This document shows, one piece after another, positions 61,166-64,000 of a stretch of 64,000 nt of DNA. Both the position numbers and the translations under genes were made by a program. Origin of the DNA: Macrostomum lignano (taxonomy: Eukaryota); assembly GCA_002269645.1 (NCBI GenBank), contig NIVC01001857.1, forward strand, positions 62,001-126,000, read 5' to 3'. Numbering within the stretch: position 1 is the first letter of the stretch; each line of letters starts with the position of its first letter. Below the pieces are notes generated by a model, which was not told the origin of the DNA, did no database searches, and saw only the letters and a program-made list of their open reading frames with translations.

Positions 61166-63263
61166 ATGTCCATCAGTTCCCTGTTCGCCCTACTGCTATG
61201 CGCCTCGCTTCTGCCATCGCCAAGCGTCCAGCTGACCAACTGCGGCTACTGCATCTGCGATTGGCCCAGCATTACCTGCGACTTCCACAAGGTGAAAGAC
61301 CAACTCCACGGCAGCAAGAACCTGGCCGAATTTGCGCCAAACAGTGGAATCCTCAGGGAATTGGATGTCGACCCGCTGGATTACCGAGAGCTGTACATTA
61401 ATTGTAGGAATTCTCCAAAAATTAACAATCAGCGATTAACTCGCAGCCTTCTTAAAGGCTACTCGAATCTGACTCGGGTGGGGTTGGTCAACTGCGGCCT
61501 CATCGGCATCGAGCCGGACGCACTGGCCGACCTCCCGCAGATTCGCGAACTCGACCTTAGCAACAACAGGCTGGAACGCCTGCCTGCGGCGCTGTTTCGC
61601 AACCGGGAAATGGCGGTGCTCACGCTTAGCGAGAATCCTCGACTAACGTTGACTGCAGAGACATTTCTCAATTTCTCATTGGAACGTCTGGTGTTGTCGA
61701 AGTGCGGCCTGCAGGAGTTTCCCTGGGACAGCTTGCAGGTTATTCGAAACCTGCACGAGCTGACGCTGTCGCAGAATTCTATCCAGGTGGTGCCGAGCGA
61801 AGCTATTCAGCTGGTGCGGCGTCTCCGGGTGTTCTACTTGGACGAGAATCCTTTGTCGTGCTTCTGCACTAATAAATGGATCAGCGAGAGCATCGATTGG
61901 AACAGAGTATCGCCACAAATCATTAAGGCAAGTCTATATTTTTCAGCAAGAGGCTCACACTGTAACAGTGCCTGATTGGCTGCTATTTTTAGCATCAAGT
62001 GCCCTATACACTGTACAATGGGCTATTGGCTGCTATTTTTAGCATCAAATAGCTCACGAACTGTACAGTAATTGATTGGCTAAAATTTATTGCCTTTTTT
62101 AGGCACTAACACCTGTTTTTACAGTCCAAATTAATTGGCGGTATAATTGGCGCTTATAACAATAACAAATAACTGAGAAAAAAATAATTCAAACCCAATT
62201 TTTCTAAAACTTACAGTCGAGCAAGCTACCAAAGTGCGGCAGCCCTCCAACTCTACACGATGTCGAGCTAACTCGCCTATCGCCCAGCGACTTTCCCTGT
62301 CAGGCGCCGGAGATTCGCTCAGTCGACATCCGCCTGGAGCCGGACTCTGCTCAGCTGATCTGCTCAGCGTCCACTCACCAGTCTGGGCCGCTGGTTTGGA
62401 CCTACCGTCACCTGGCAATCTACCCAGAGCTGCCCAACGCTTATCCAAGTCGCACCTATCAGAGCAGCGGCGCCACCTTCCGTCAGTCTGTTCATCGAAC
62501 GCCGGGCTACGAGCGCGAGAAGTACACCCTGACAGCGCGTAGCGAAGACGGCCAGTTGACCAATTTCTCTCTGACGCTGCACTGGCCGCCGGCTGTCGAG
62601 TCCGAGGGCGCCGCCTCGGAATCAAAGACTGGGTCAGGAGGCACCGATGATTCGGATTCCTCGTCGACATCGACCAGGCCGAAACTGCCGACGGAGCCGC
62701 AGAAACCGATAAGCGGTGACGGTGGCGTCGGCGGCGATTATTTTTCCCGAAAGCAGTTCACCCTGATCGAGATGATAATCGCAGTGGTTGGCACCTTCAT
62801 GGCTACCAGCTTGGTCTTCCTGCTGGCTTGCCAGGCGATCCAGTGGTACAACAAGCGCGACAAAAAGCGCTGGGCCGCTGGCTACGCCGGGCCGCCCTAT
62901 TCATACAGCTACAACTCGCACAGGCCGCCGTCGCACGAGTACGACGTGCCCCGAATCGACCAGCCCTGTCTGCTGCCGAAACAGCCGCCGCCGCCGACTC
63001 AGCCACCGCCTCCGCCGCCTCAGCACACGCTGCCAATGCCGCCGCATAATATGCCGACAGGCGCCGGCGTGTCGCTGTCTTCAACATCTTCGGGTTCGGG
63101 CGCGAGCGCCGCAGTGCAGACTTTGCTGTCCAAACACCAACAGCATCACAAGCAACAGCAGCAGCAACACCTGCCAATAACAACGTCTTCATCATCGAAT
63201 GGAATGGGCGAGACCGAGTTCCTGGACTATACCGGTCACCGGATTGTCTTCAACCACACCTAA
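61166..63263 (+). CDS. LRR-Ig (LIG-family-like) single-pass membrane receptor, 602 aa; exons 61166-61927 and 62217-63263
   Basis: The protein has a signal peptide (MSISSLFALLLCASLL), an LRRNT (CGYCICDWPSITC), LRRs (LRELDLSNNRLERLP-type), and an LRRCT split by the intron (NPLSCFC...|...KCGSPP...FPC). An Ig-like segment (QLICSAS, LVWTY), a TM (MIIAVVGTFMATSLVFLLAC) and a proline-rich tail with EYDVP follow. The donor AAG|GCAAGT at 61928 and the acceptor TTACAG at 62216 give a phase-0 join. Confidence 0.88.
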
Positions 63264-63694
63264 ACTTGCGTTGAAACTGAAAAAAGCTCTGTGTACAGTG
63301 TTACTTGATCCGGCGTCTTTAGAAAGCATTTAAAATAGCGAAGCTGATCGAGATTTCGAGTCCACGTGAGACTATTGATTACGACTTTGAAAATAATTCA
63401 ATTGATAAATAACGGTCTGGGTATGTCACTGACCTCTCTTGTCAGTAAATTTTGACTCTGCGCTAAGAGATTGATTATGGTACAGCGTACAGTGTACAGC
63501 AAAATATTTTAGTAGCATAGAGTAAATTGCGAAACTTTAAATCTTGCCTTTTCCATTTACTTTGTCTGCTTGCACTTTTTTGCTAACTATTAGGTTTCGA
63601 TTTTGTTTATTTGTTTATTTGTGCTCATTTTCTTAGCGTAGTACAACTACGGTTTTAGTATCCTGCTAACACTCAGCTCTTCAATAGCTATAAA

Positions 63695-64000
63695 TTTTAG
63701 TATATTGGACTAGCACCCAGCCCTCAATAGGTGTGCAGTATAAGAATATAATGGTTTTAGCACATTGGACTAGCACCCGGCCCTCAATAGGTGTGCAGTA
63801 TAAGACTATGAGGGTTTTCGTATATTGGACTAGCACCCAGCCCTCAATAGGTGTGCAGTATAAGAATATAATGGTTTTAGCACATTGGACTAGCACCCGG
63901 CCCTCAATAGGTGTGCAGTATAAGACTATGAGGGTTTTAGTATATTGGACTAGCACCCGGCCCTCAATAGGTGTGCAGTATAAGAATATAATGGTTTTAG
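63695..64000. repeat. 60-bp tandem repeat with alternating A/B variants (120-bp higher-order unit), running off the window
   Basis: TAGCACCC recurs at 63711, 63771, 63831, 63891 and 63951. Confidence 0.92.

Overview
This is eukaryotic (animal) genomic DNA with compact, GC/CpG-rich spliced exons separated by very dense mini- and microsatellites. That style resembles the flatworm Macrostomum, but the species is an inference. All exon structures were built by hand from splice sites and phase. Four host genes are supported: (1) an intronless RSRC1/SRrp53-like ORF (5228-5809, +); (2) a six-exon plastin/fimbrin (8314-14737, +); (3) a Cys-loop anion channel of the GlyR/GluCl type (16864-37430, -, with two tentative upstream exons to 39927); (4) a two-exon LRR-Ig-TM receptor with a GC-AG intron (61166-63263, +). 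The 12.3-kb intron of the channel holds a 10.4-kb CACTA/EnSpm transposon (25603-36037; CACTG ends, TA target duplication). Its transposase is split by nested insertions (hAT-like > long-TIR foldback > Mutator-like MITE, plus a second hAT-like MITE), and removing the two insertions in the ORF restores the frame at both junctions. Its second ORF is SAMD3-like and carries an apparent CIDE-N-like N-terminal domain. tRNA-derived SINEs, LINE relics and about 30 tandem arrays fill the rest. Most long ORFs in the supplied track are repeat artefacts. There is no CRISPR array, rRNA or true tRNA gene.
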